Of a stretch of DNA of 64,000 nt, positions 27,701-36,882 are shown in pieces. The stretch lies in the NCBI GenBank assembly GCA_944363565.1, contig CALVUI010000002.1, forward strand, positions 206,408-270,407. The letters run 5' to 3'. Made by a program: the position numbers and the translations under genes. Below the pieces are notes generated by a model. The model did not search any database. It worked only from the letters and a program-made list of their open reading frames with translations, and had not been told where the DNA came from. How positions within the stretch are numbered: position 1 is the first letter of the stretch; every line of letters starts with the position of its first letter. The DNA is from an uncultured Bacilli bacterium (lineage in GTDB: Bacteria; Bacillota_I; Bacilli_A; RFN20; CAG-826).

Positions 27701-29608
27701 CTAGGCAATCTTGAATCCGGTGTAGGTAGTCGGTTCCCCTTGGCAATAAAGGCCTAGATGGGTCGGGGCAGTGCTGATACCGCTCACGGTCCTCGAGCCG
27801 ATCTTGCTGTAGGCTCCCGCCCTCAAGGTAGCCTCGAATGTGGCCGAATCTCCGGCCATCGTGACCTTCACTTCGAGATCGAAGCCATCGGCCGGATGGA
27901 CGGCGCTTCCGTCGGCCCAGATATCGTGCCAGCCGAGGTCGGCGCCGCCGATGGTCCCGGTGATTTGGATGCAACGGATCTCGTGGGGCCGATCGGAGTC
28001 CGCGTATTGGGCGTAGACGATGACGAAGTCATTGGGTCCGGCGTAATAGGCGAGGTAGCCGAACATCAATTCCTTGGTGGCGTTCCCGGTCGTGGTCCCT
28101 TTGATGTGGCCACTTAGGGTATAGGAATTACCGACTTCCACGGGCTTACCGACGAAACCGGCCTTCCAGTTGGAGTTCTCGACGACAATGGAATCCCCGC
28201 TTTCCTCGAAGGTCGTGGGATTTCCGCCCGGGGCCAGAACCTGCCAGTCGGTCTTGATTTCTTCCTTTTCGAAGACGATGTTGCTGAAGGTCGCAACATC
28301 GCCGTTGCTATAGACGCCGGCATAGGCCGAGGGGCCGAAGCTACCGGTCATCGAGGTCGAACCGACCTTGACGGTCGACCCGGCAGTGACGTTGGCGGTC
28401 GCGGTGACACCGCTATTGGTGATTTGGACGCTGACGGAGAGACTGAGGCCATCGGCCGGGGCGACATGACAGCCATCCATCCAGATGGGACTGGGATAAG
28501 TGACCGCTCCGTTGACGGAGACGGCCGGTTGGATGGAGGTCAGGTCGCTAGGACGACCGGCACCGTTGGCCTTCCATTCGGCATAGTAGGCGATCCAGTT
28601 CTCGGCATCCTGGTAATAGGCGACGATCCCCACGGCGACGTCGTGGTCGATCGGGAGGGCGTCAATCGTCCCCTTGATGTCGGCCTTGACGGTATAGGCG
28701 TTGCCTAGCTCATTCGCGGGCTTGACCACGAAGTTCTTGAGGTGGTCGTTGTTGCTGATCTTGACGGAGTCACTAGAGGGTTGCCCATAGGCAAACTCGG
28801 CCCCGGCATTGACGACCTCGAAGCCCTTTTCGAAACCATCATAGGCGATTTCATCCCCTAGGGTCTTGGTAGCCTTGCTGCCGCTAAGGTAATCCATGTG
28901 GAAGGGGGTGCTTTCCACGTCCTTGATCGAGAGGACGAAGGCCCCATAGGGATCGACCTTGGTCATCTTCCCTTCATAGGTGAGGATGTCGTCGGCGTTG
29001 GCCTTAAGGACGACCGAAGAATCGCCTTGGGTCAGGCGGACTTCTTCGTCGGCCTTCAGATAACCCGGCAGCTTGATCGAGACATCGAGGTCAACATAGA
29101 CCGGATTGGGGTCGCAGCTATAGGTGATGACCAAACTACTGATCGTCGTCTCCTCGAAGGCCTCCAAGTTGAAGTAACTCGGGGAGCCGATGACCTCGGT
29201 CGGGACTTCGTTGACCGGAAGCTTGACGGGGACAAGGGCCCCGGCCTCACTCCCGAAGGAGAGGGCCAAACTTCCCTCATAGGAAATGGTGATCCCCTTG
29301 ATCCCGGTGATGGGATCGCTGTTGGAAAGGCTCCCGCCCCGATTGAGGAGGGCGTGTCCGGCCTCCGGCTTTTCCCCGAGGCCTTCATAGACGAACTTGA
29401 CCTTCCCTTGCTTGGTGTTGCTGAGCAAGACCTGTTCCTTGGTCCCGGCTTCCGGGGCGTTGTCGGCACTGAGGGTGAAGGTATAGCCCTCGTCGGCTCC
29501 CGCCACGACGGGGTCATTCCCATAGGCCGAAGCGCAGGCGATCGCGGCCACCATCCCGGTCGCTAGTAAGCCCACGCCCATGATTTTGGCAAAACTACTC
29601 TTTTTCAT
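27701..29608 (-). CDS. secreted lipoprotein with repeated beta-sandwich-like (carbohydrate-binding?) domains
   Basis: Start at MKKSSFAKIMGVGLLATGMVAAIACASAYG (lipobox AIAC), AAAGGAGA RBS; shares W/YY-x-D-x-N-[YWF] repeat-domain signatures with the 954-aa neighbour. Confidence 0.7.
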   Translation of the reverse strand: MKKSSFAKIMGVGLLATGMVAAIACASAYGNDPVVAGADEGYTFTLSADNAPEAGTKEQVLLSNTKQGKVKFVYEGLGEKPEAGHALLNRGGSLSNSDPITGIKGITISYEGSLALSFGSEAGALVPVKLPVNEVPTEVIGSPSYFNLEAFEETTISSLVITYSCDPNPVYVDLDVSIKLPGYLKADEEVRLTQGDSSVVLKANADDILTYEGKMTKVDPYGAFVLSIKDVESTPFHMDYLSGSKATKTLGDEIAYDGFEKGFEVVNAGAEFAYGQPSSDSVKISNNDHLKNFVVKPANELGNAYTVKADIKGTIDALPIDHDVAVGIVAYYQDAENWIAYYAEWKANGAGRPSDLTSIQPAVSVNGAVTYPSPIWMDGCHVAPADGLSLSVSVQITNSGVTATANVTAGSTVKVGSTSMTGSFGPSAYAGVYSNGDVATFSNIVFEKEEIKTDWQVLAPGGNPTTFEESGDSIVVENSNWKAGFVGKPVEVGNSYTLSGHIKGTTTGNATKELMFGYLAYYAGPNDFVIVYAQYADSDRPHEIRCIQITGTIGGADLGWHDIWADGSAVHPADGFDLEVKVTMAGDSATFEATLRAGAYSKIGSRTVSGISTAPTHLGLYCQGEPTTYTGFKIA

Positions 29609-29756
29609 GGTTCTCCTTTTTGTAAGCGCTTCCAACGCCTTCCGCCCCAAAGACTGACGACGGGGGAACGTTTTCTGACGCAAGTCCATTCTAAGGGGGC
29701 CATATAAGGGCCTTAATGCCACAAGCCTAGGCTCTTATACAATTTGGCACCATGAA

Positions 29757-29797
29757 TGAAAAACGCCGCCCGGCTTGGCCGGGTCGGCGCTTTTTGG
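29757..29797. terminator. strong GC hairpin / terminator between the two large surface-protein genes
   Basis: AAAAAC-GCCGCCCGGC-TTGG-CCGGGTCGGCGC-TTTTT. Confidence 0.75.
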
Positions 29798-29812
29798 TGT
29801 TTAGGCTATTAG

Positions 29813-32677
29813 TTACTTGGCCTTTTTGTTGCGTTGACGCATATAGAGGTAGACGCCAAGACCAACGAGGAGAAGGACGCCGATCCCCCCGAAGACGAGG
29901 CCGAGGATGAGGCCGAGGTTTTCGTTTTCGGGTTCGGTCGGAGTGACGTCGGTACCGCCAGTCGAGGTGCTGCTTTCGCCCTCTCCGGTCGCCGGCTTTT
30001 CGGCAACCGTGATGTCGTATTCGATCGGGTCGGCTTCGTTGCCCCAGTCATCGATGCAGGTAACGCTGACATGGTAGGCCCCGAGCTTTTCGGCCGTGAA
30101 GGCATTGGAGACCAGGGTCACGGGATTATCAGTCGGATCGGTGACGTTGACGATGGCGTTCAAAGGATCGTAGTTGCTATTGGAGGCGGTGTAGATCGGA
30201 AGACGGACACTATCCCCTAAGTAGGCCTCGGTGACCCGGGTCCCGACTTCGGCGATGACCGGCTTTTCGTTATAGGAGTAGACCCGTTCGTCGACCCCGA
30301 GGGCGAAGTCCTTGAAGGTCGCGGAGACGTTGGAGATGTTGAAGCCGCTCTTGGCTCCGCTTAGCCGTCTAGCCGATAGACCCGGGTATTCGCCCTGGTA
30401 GACCGGGGCGAAGGTCCCGCCGACATAGACGGAGATGGTATCGCCTTCGATATGGGCTTCGAGCTTGTTGTCGGCCCCTTCGAACTGGATCCCGACTTCC
30501 CTCTCGCCCCATTCGGGCGGGATGATCTGGCCATTGATGCGGACCGTGGTGTTGACGTTGGTGGTCGAACCGGCCCAACGGCTGAACCAGACGAAGACGT
30601 AGTTGTTGCTGTCGACGTAGTAGGGGACAAGACCGACCTTGTGCTCGCTGGCGGTCACTTCGGAAACATTGACCGTGGCCCCGCACCAGAAGTCGGTCTT
30701 TTCGTTGCTGATGAGGGCATTGGTCTGCTGCCAGACGGTCCCGCCATCGAGCTTCCCGGTGACGGTCCCGTTTTCCTCATCGATGGTCCAGGTATCGGGA
30801 CGGGGGCCGTTCAGGCTCCAATCCCCTTCCTGGACGGTGCTGTTGGGAAGGAAGCCGGTATAGGTAAGGCTATTGAGGCTCCCGCCCTGGCCTTCAAAGA
30901 AGAAGCCGGTGGCTAGAGCTTCGGAGAAGTCGAAGTCGTTGAGGACGAAGCCTTCGACGACAGAGGTTCCGTCAAGGCTGACATTGAGGACGCCCCTCTT
31001 CAGTTCGGTGGAAAGTTCATGGGGAGCCAAGGCATCGAACCCTTCGGGGAGGGCATTGGTGGTCGGGGTTTCCACTCCGTTCACGCAGACATAGACGGTG
31101 ATGGCGGACTTGCCCAAAGCGACCCTGACGTAATTGTCGACATCTACCAAGAAGGCATAGAGACCGTATTCCTGGCCATCCTGCAGAGCCGCGAAGGTGG
31201 CGCTGACCGAGATATTGCCGACATAGCGAGTAGAGAAATAAAGTCCGGCCACTCCTTCCTGGTCGCCGCTTTTGACGGCCAGATCATCGACGGTGTAGGT
31301 CCCGCCTTCATAGGAGAAGACGCTATCGTCGTCGGTGGCCGACTTGACATTGACAAGCTGGCCACCGACCGAGGCCACCCGCCAGTCGAAGGCCTGGTAT
31401 TGGATGGAGGCGGTTTCGTAGGTGAAGGTGACGTTCATGCCGCTGACGGCCGTCCCGATCATGTTAGAAGAGGCAAAGGTGGCATTGGAAGCAGTCAAGA
31501 CCGTGGCCCGGTCGTTTTCGAGATAGACCGAGATGGTGTTGCCCTTCTTTTGGGCAATGATGGTGATATTGCCATCTTGGTCGGCTTTTTGCGCCGATTC
31601 ACCAAGTTCCAGGGATTCATAGATCGGGGTTTGGTTCATGGTGCCCCCGGCCCCGTAGACGGTGACGAGGCCTTCGATGTAGAGGGTCCTCTTACCGCCC
31701 AGATCAAGGATATAGGCGACTGCGTAGTTGGTTTCGTCGTTGTACCAGGCGACCAGGCCGATCGCCGACTTGTCGACCAAGGCGGTTTCCGGGAAGGTGG
31801 CCTTCAGCTCATAGTTCCCCTCATAGGGGTTCTTGCCAAGGGCCATGGTCGAGGCCACGCCACTCGCGGTGGTTTCGTCAATCGCGTAGGTCTTGTCGTT
31901 GATGGTCCAATTCCCGGAAGCGGATTTGGCGACGATCCCCGGAGTGACTTCGTGGTAGAGGTCGGTCCTCGCATTTTCGGCCACTTCAAAGGAAGTGATC
32001 TCGAGGTTCTCGTTGTAGGTATAGATCCCGACCTTCGAGGGTTTGGTCGAATACTTGGGAAGATCGCGGAAGCCATAGAAACCGACCTTGTTGCCGTTGA
32101 TGTAGGCGCTGAATTCGTCGGTATCCCCGGCCGCGCTCCTTTCCTTCTTGACCTCGAAGGTCCAGGAGGAGTCGGGGGAGACGGCAAAGCCCTCGTTGGC
32201 CCCGTCCATCCAGGCGTCGTTCCACTCGGCTTCGACGAAGCCCCCGTCCTTGTAGACGACCGGGGCCTTGCCGTCGATCCGGCCGGTGAACTCGACGACC
32301 CGCATCCCGCTCGGCCTTTCGGTCGGGCTCCATTCCATGTAGACCACCAGGTAGTTGTTGGCGTCCAAATACCAAGGGACAAGGCCGATCTGGATGTTCT
32401 TGGTCACGGGCCAGGCCGTTTCGCCCTTGCCCTCGATCTTGACGCTGTAGTCGCCTAAATAACTATCGGCTTCATAAAGGAGGAAGTTGTCGCGCATCCC
32501 GGTTTGGGAAGCGGAGGCAAGGATCGAATCCTCGCTTATCGTGTAATAACTCGAGACGTCTCCGCCGGTAGAAAGCGACCAGTCGGCGGCCTTGAAGGCC
32601 GCTCTCGGGGCGGCATTAGCCCCCGAGACGCCGGTCAAGGAAGCGAGGGCCAAGACGGGGATCAACAATCCGTTCAT
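29813..32677 (-). CDS. large cell-surface protein: signal peptide, 4 or more copies of a ~110-aa repeat domain, C-terminal TM anchor with basic tail
   Basis: MNGLLIPVLALASLTGVSGANA signal; repeats containing GLVPWYLDANNYLVVY / GLVAWYNDETNYAVAY / GLYAFLVDVDNYVRVA / GLVPYYVDSNNYVFVW; C-terminal hydrophobic segment LGLILGLVFGGIGVLLLVGLGVYLYM then RQRNKKAK. Confidence 0.75.
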   Translation of the reverse strand: MNGLLIPVLALASLTGVSGANAAPRAAFKAADWSLSTGGDVSSYYTISEDSILASASQTGMRDNFLLYEADSYLGDYSVKIEGKGETAWPVTKNIQIGLVPWYLDANNYLVVYMEWSPTERPSGMRVVEFTGRIDGKAPVVYKDGGFVEAEWNDAWMDGANEGFAVSPDSSWTFEVKKERSAAGDTDEFSAYINGNKVGFYGFRDLPKYSTKPSKVGIYTYNENLEITSFEVAENARTDLYHEVTPGIVAKSASGNWTINDKTYAIDETTASGVASTMALGKNPYEGNYELKATFPETALVDKSAIGLVAWYNDETNYAVAYILDLGGKRTLYIEGLVTVYGAGGTMNQTPIYESLELGESAQKADQDGNITIIAQKKGNTISVYLENDRATVLTASNATFASSNMIGTAVSGMNVTFTYETASIQYQAFDWRVASVGGQLVNVKSATDDDSVFSYEGGTYTVDDLAVKSGDQEGVAGLYFSTRYVGNISVSATFAALQDGQEYGLYAFLVDVDNYVRVALGKSAITVYVCVNGVETPTTNALPEGFDALAPHELSTELKRGVLNVSLDGTSVVEGFVLNDFDFSEALATGFFFEGQGGSLNSLTYTGFLPNSTVQEGDWSLNGPRPDTWTIDEENGTVTGKLDGGTVWQQTNALISNEKTDFWCGATVNVSEVTASEHKVGLVPYYVDSNNYVFVWFSRWAGSTTNVNTTVRINGQIIPPEWGEREVGIQFEGADNKLEAHIEGDTISVYVGGTFAPVYQGEYPGLSARRLSGAKSGFNISNVSATFKDFALGVDERVYSYNEKPVIAEVGTRVTEAYLGDSVRLPIYTASNSNYDPLNAIVNVTDPTDNPVTLVSNAFTAEKLGAYHVSVTCIDDWGNEADPIEYDITVAEKPATGEGESSTSTGGTDVTPTEPENENLGLILGLVFGGIGVLLLVGLGVYLYMRQRNKKAK

Positions 32678-32695
32678 AGATATCTCCTTTCCGAA

Positions 32696-35062
32696 TCAGA
32701 TGTTGGAAATGGTTTTCCCGCCGAGGCCATAAGCCTCGAGGGCGTTGATCTGTTCTTCCTCACTCATGGTGAGGCTTTCGATGGAGTAGGTCCCGAAGCA
32801 GGACTTGAACTGGATGATGGGTTCGATGTTGGCGATGCCGCTCCAGGGGAGCCAGGTGCCGACCGAACTGAAGTTGAAGTCGGCCACGGTCGTGGCCTCG
32901 GGTCCGAGGGCCCGGTACTTGAAGCCCATGCGGCCGTCGTAGTCGTTGCTGAGTTTGGTGGCGTTTTCGATGAGGAGGGCGGCCGAGCGGTAGAAGTCAT
33001 CCCCGGTCTCGAGATACATCCGATAGAGGGCGAAGAAGATGTAGGCCGCGTAGTTGTCGGCGCTGCTATGGCCGGTGGCGATGAAGGAGAAGCCGATGAC
33101 CCCACCGTCTTCGAAGGTGTTGATCTCGCGATTGGAGATTTGGCTCGGGACCGCGAAGTCGTAGACATAGACCCAGCTCATGGCCGAGACCGAGGCGTGC
33201 TCGGCGGCCTCCAAATACTTCTCGTCCCCGCTTAATTCATAGGCGGCTTGGAAGCAATACATGGCGTAAACCGCGGCTTCCTTGTCGACGGTGTTGGGGT
33301 TGTCCGGAGTCCCGCCGACGTACTTGCCTTTGTTTGAATAGAGTTCCTGGTAGCTATATTCGGCGGCCTCCAAGGCCGAGGTTTTGTATTTCTCGTCGCC
33401 GGTGAGTTCGTACGTCTTCCCGAGGAAGCGGACGGCGACCGGGGTATTGAGCTCGCTCTTGCCTTGGTAGGCGACATTGGAGGTATCGGTGCAGACGGTC
33501 CCGTTGAGGTTGTAGGCCCGGTTAAAGGAACCGTTCTCGTTTTGGACGGCGGTCAGGTTGTCGGCGATCTTGGTGATGGCGTCCAGCCACTGGGGATGTT
33601 CGATCCCAAGGCCCTTCTCCATCAGATAGCCATCGAGGATCCCCTCGGCCGCGTCGACCATGCATCTCAGGAAGGTCGGATAATCGCGCCTGGTCCCGCC
33701 GGCGATCCCATTTCCCGGATCCCACCAGATGATGGGGAAGTAGTTCCCCATGATGGTGCGACTCGTCCAAAAGTCGAGGGACCTGAGGCCCTTGTTGATG
33801 AAGTCGCTATCGCCGTGGCTACGGCCATAACGGAGCATCTGGTAGGCGGCGGCCGCCTGCTGTCCGACGAAGCCGGACTGGGAGGCATAGCCTTGGTCGA
33901 CCGAGCCATCGGGCAGGGTCAGGGACCAGGGAAGGCCCCCATAGACGTCATTGGTCCCGAAGGTCCGGTATTCCTGGCCAAATAGATATAGGTTGTCCTC
34001 GTAGATCTGCTCCATGTCGACTTGGGGGTAGGCGATTTCCTGGGATCTAAAGGCTTCCTTGTAGGTCGCGACCATCGCGTCGTTGTAGGAGGCTTCGTTC
34101 CGGAGGATGATCCCGGCCTTGTAGGTATGGGCAAAGCCCTTTTCGAGGGGGTGGTAACGCTTGGCCCAGCCTTGGCCCGAGTCGTAGGTGTTGGGGCCTT
34201 CGCTGCTGGGGTAGCAGAAGTCGACCCCGACATAGGGGGTAATCTGGAAACCGACCGAGCCGTATTCGAACTTCTCGGAGATCTCCCCGTTGGCCCCGCC
34301 TCCGATGTCGCCGTTGACGGAAATCTCGGGTTCGAAGTGATATAAGCCGATCGAGTAGCCGCTATTTTGGCGGATGAAGGAAAGGGGCATCCCGGTCCTC
34401 GTTTCCTTGACCATGACCTTGCCGGTCAGATTGAGGTTGCTGGCAATGGAGCCACTCCGCATTTCCGAGGTATCTTTGTAGATGATGGCGGGAATGAAAT
34501 AGGTAAAATCCTCGTAATTCGAGGAGCCTTCTGCGTTGATAATGAGCATTTCGCTTTGGAAACCGGCGTCTTCGCCGCCCTTTTCCAAAACCTCAACCGT
34601 CCTTTCAAAAGCAAAGGAATTGCTGCCTTCGGGGACGAAGTAGGCGTCGGTGACGGCGAGGCGGCTCCCTTCCTCGGTGCTGACATCGGCCCGGCCGATA
34701 TAACCAAAAGAGGTTTGCTCGATATTGGAGTAGGTCCGGGTGTAGGTATCCTCGTCGTAGGTGGCAAGGATGCCCGAGGAATCACTACGGACGTTGATGG
34801 TGACCGGGCTCTCGGCCTTGTAGGCCGTCACCCCTTCGTAGACGTATTCGACAGAGTAGCCGCCTTCGGCCTTCTCGACGAAGCGGAGGGCGGTCTTGCC
34901 CAAGGTGATGGCGTTGTCGCCAAGGCTTCCGTTAGGGGCATCGGGCAGGTCATAAGAGATGGAAGAAGAGGACGAGGACGACTCGCTCGAGATGGCGGGA
35001 GTCGTCGGTCCGCAGGCCACTAAGAGGAAGGCGAGAGGGATAACTAAACTGCTTCTTTTCAT
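32696..35062 (-). CDS. lipoprotein, putative (alpha/alpha)6-barrel glycoside hydrolase / polysaccharide-degrading enzyme
   Basis: Lipobox LLVACG; N-terminal beta-rich region then a Trp/Tyr-rich helical C-terminal half resembling unsaturated-glycosyl hydrolase / heparinase-type barrels; family not assignable by eye. Confidence 0.5.
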   Translation of the reverse strand: MKRSSLVIPLAFLLVACGPTTPAISSESSSSSSSISYDLPDAPNGSLGDNAITLGKTALRFVEKAEGGYSVEYVYEGVTAYKAESPVTINVRSDSSGILATYDEDTYTRTYSNIEQTSFGYIGRADVSTEEGSRLAVTDAYFVPEGSNSFAFERTVEVLEKGGEDAGFQSEMLIINAEGSSNYEDFTYFIPAIIYKDTSEMRSGSIASNLNLTGKVMVKETRTGMPLSFIRQNSGYSIGLYHFEPEISVNGDIGGGANGEISEKFEYGSVGFQITPYVGVDFCYPSSEGPNTYDSGQGWAKRYHPLEKGFAHTYKAGIILRNEASYNDAMVATYKEAFRSQEIAYPQVDMEQIYEDNLYLFGQEYRTFGTNDVYGGLPWSLTLPDGSVDQGYASQSGFVGQQAAAAYQMLRYGRSHGDSDFINKGLRSLDFWTSRTIMGNYFPIIWWDPGNGIAGGTRRDYPTFLRCMVDAAEGILDGYLMEKGLGIEHPQWLDAITKIADNLTAVQNENGSFNRAYNLNGTVCTDTSNVAYQGKSELNTPVAVRFLGKTYELTGDEKYKTSALEAAEYSYQELYSNKGKYVGGTPDNPNTVDKEAAVYAMYCFQAAYELSGDEKYLEAAEHASVSAMSWVYVYDFAVPSQISNREINTFEDGGVIGFSFIATGHSSADNYAAYIFFALYRMYLETGDDFYRSAALLIENATKLSNDYDGRMGFKYRALGPEATTVADFNFSSVGTWLPWSGIANIEPIIQFKSCFGTYSIESLTMSEEEQINALEAYGLGGKTISNI

Positions 35063-35065
35063 GGC

Positions 35066-35965
35066 TTACTCCTTTAAACCGGTCATGGCGATGCCGTCGA
35101 CGAAGAAGCGTTGGCAGGCCACATAGAGGACGAAGGTCGGCAGCAGGGCGGTGATGGCCCCGGCCATCAGGAGGGTGTATTGCTTGTTGTGGCTGGTCGA
35201 TAGACCGCTCACCAAAAGCTGGATGGTGAAGAGATCGGGGTTGGTTCCGACGTACAGGAGGGGCGTCATGTAGTCGTTGTAGGCCCCGTTGAAGGCGAGG
35301 ATGAACTGGGTCAAAACCGCCGGTATCGAGAGAGGCAAGATGATGGTGAGGAAGATCCTAAGACGCCCGGTCCCGTCGATCTCCGCCGCTTCTTCGAGTT
35401 CCTTGGGCAGGGTCTTGAAGTACTGGTGCAGGAAGAACATGGCCCCGGCTGAACCGAACATTCCGGGGATGATGATGGGGAGGGGCGTCCCGTACCAACG
35501 GTAGAAGTTGACGAAGAGGACGTAACTCGGCATCAGGGTGATGACACCCGGGATGACCATGGTGGCGAGGATCAGGTAATAGACGATCCGTCTCCCCGGC
35601 CACTTCATGCGGGCGCAACTGTAGGCGCAGAGGGCGCTGCAGAAGGTCCCGATGATGGTGGTGGGCACCGTGTAGAGGAAGGTATTGAGGAAGGCGCCCC
35701 AGACGTTGTTTTCACTAAAGAGCTTGTCGTAGTTTCCGATATCGACGGGGGAGGGAATCCACTTGAAGTCGAAGATGTTCTCGGGGCTGGTGAAGGAAGT
35801 GGAAACGGCGAAGATGAAGGGGATGAGGATGAGGAGGGCGAAGAGGACCAAGACGAGGTACATCCCGGTCTGCGATAAGACAAAACGGACCTTTTCCTTC
35901 TTCTTGGCGTTGGAGCGCCTGATCTCGGGGCTCAAGGGGGCCCGGACTTTCTTTTTAGTTATCAT
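35066..35965 (-). CDS. carbohydrate ABC transporter permease (CUT1, MalG-like)
   Basis: 6 TM helices, EAA-like loop (EAAEIDGTGRLRIFLTIILP); start placed at MITKKK (35965). Confidence 0.85.
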   Translation of the reverse strand: MITKKKVRAPLSPEIRRSNAKKKEKVRFVLSQTGMYLVLVLFALLILIPFIFAVSTSFTSPENIFDFKWIPSPVDIGNYDKLFSENNVWGAFLNTFLYTVPTTIIGTFCSALCAYSCARMKWPGRRIVYYLILATMVIPGVITLMPSYVLFVNFYRWYGTPLPIIIPGMFGSAGAMFFLHQYFKTLPKELEEAAEIDGTGRLRIFLTIILPLSIPAVLTQFILAFNGAYNDYMTPLLYVGTNPDLFTIQLLVSGLSTSHNKQYTLLMAGAITALLPTFVLYVACQRFFVDGIAMTGLKE

Positions 35966-36863
35966 AGTGGACCCAGAACCTCGAAACGCCGAACTGAATG
36001 GCGGACAAAGCCAAGATGATGAGGCCGAGGATGATGCCCATCGCGCAGGCATAACCAGCCTCGTAGTTGAATTGGTTGGTCGTGTATTTGTAGATGTACC
36101 AGACCGGCATGATCGACCAGTCGGTGATCTGATCGCCCCGCATGACCTGGAAACGGGTGAAGTCTTGGAAGGAGCCGGAAATGCCGGTCAAAAGGATGTA
36201 GAAGGTGACCGGGGAGACCGAGGGCAAAGTGATGTGGAAGAACTGCTGGACGGCATTGGCCCCGTCGACCGCGGCCGCTTCATAAAGGGCCTTGGGGACG
36301 TTCTTCAAGGAGGCATAGAGGAGGAGGATCGAAGTCCCGAGCCCCGACCAGACCCCCATCGCGATCATCGAGGGGAAGAAGAGGTCTTCGCCGAGGAAGT
36401 TGATGGTCCCCCAGCCGAAGACCTGGCCCAGTTGGGCAATGAGGCCGTAGAGGGGTTGGTAGACCCAACTCCAGACAAACGTGATGGCCACGGCCCCGCA
36501 GACGGTCGGGATGTAAAGGATCGATCTGAAGACCGAGGAGAAGCGTTTGACCTTGGTCATGAAGACCGAAAGGATGAGGGCCAAGACGATGCCGATCGGA
36601 ACCCCGATGGCGTTGATCAAAGCGTTGACCAAGGACCTAACGAAGAACTGGTCATGGAAGGCGTTGATGTAGTTTTCGAAGCCGATGAACTTGAAGGAGT
36701 TCGCGGTCGCGAAGGTATAGTCGGTGAAGGAAATGATGAGGGCATATATCAAGGGGAAGGCCAAGAAGAGGAGGAGGCCGATGACGAGGGGAGCGGCAAA
36801 GGCCATGCCCTCGAGGGCTTCGATCTTCTTCTTGGTTTTTCGTGTAATTTTGGCGCGGACCAT
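35955..36863 (-). CDS. carbohydrate ABC transporter permease (CUT1, MalF-like)
   Basis: 6 TM helices, EAA loop YEAAAVDGANAVQQFFHITLP. Confidence 0.85.
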   Translation of the reverse strand: MVRAKITRKTKKKIEALEGMAFAAPLVIGLLLFLAFPLIYALIISFTDYTFATANSFKFIGFENYINAFHDQFFVRSLVNALINAIGVPIGIVLALILSVFMTKVKRFSSVFRSILYIPTVCGAVAITFVWSWVYQPLYGLIAQLGQVFGWGTINFLGEDLFFPSMIAMGVWSGLGTSILLLYASLKNVPKALYEAAAVDGANAVQQFFHITLPSVSPVTFYILLTGISGSFQDFTRFQVMRGDQITDWSIMPVWYIYKYTTNQFNYEAGYACAMGIILGLIILALSAIQFGVSRFWVHYDN

Positions 36864-36882
36864 CTAATTATCCCCGCAAAAC

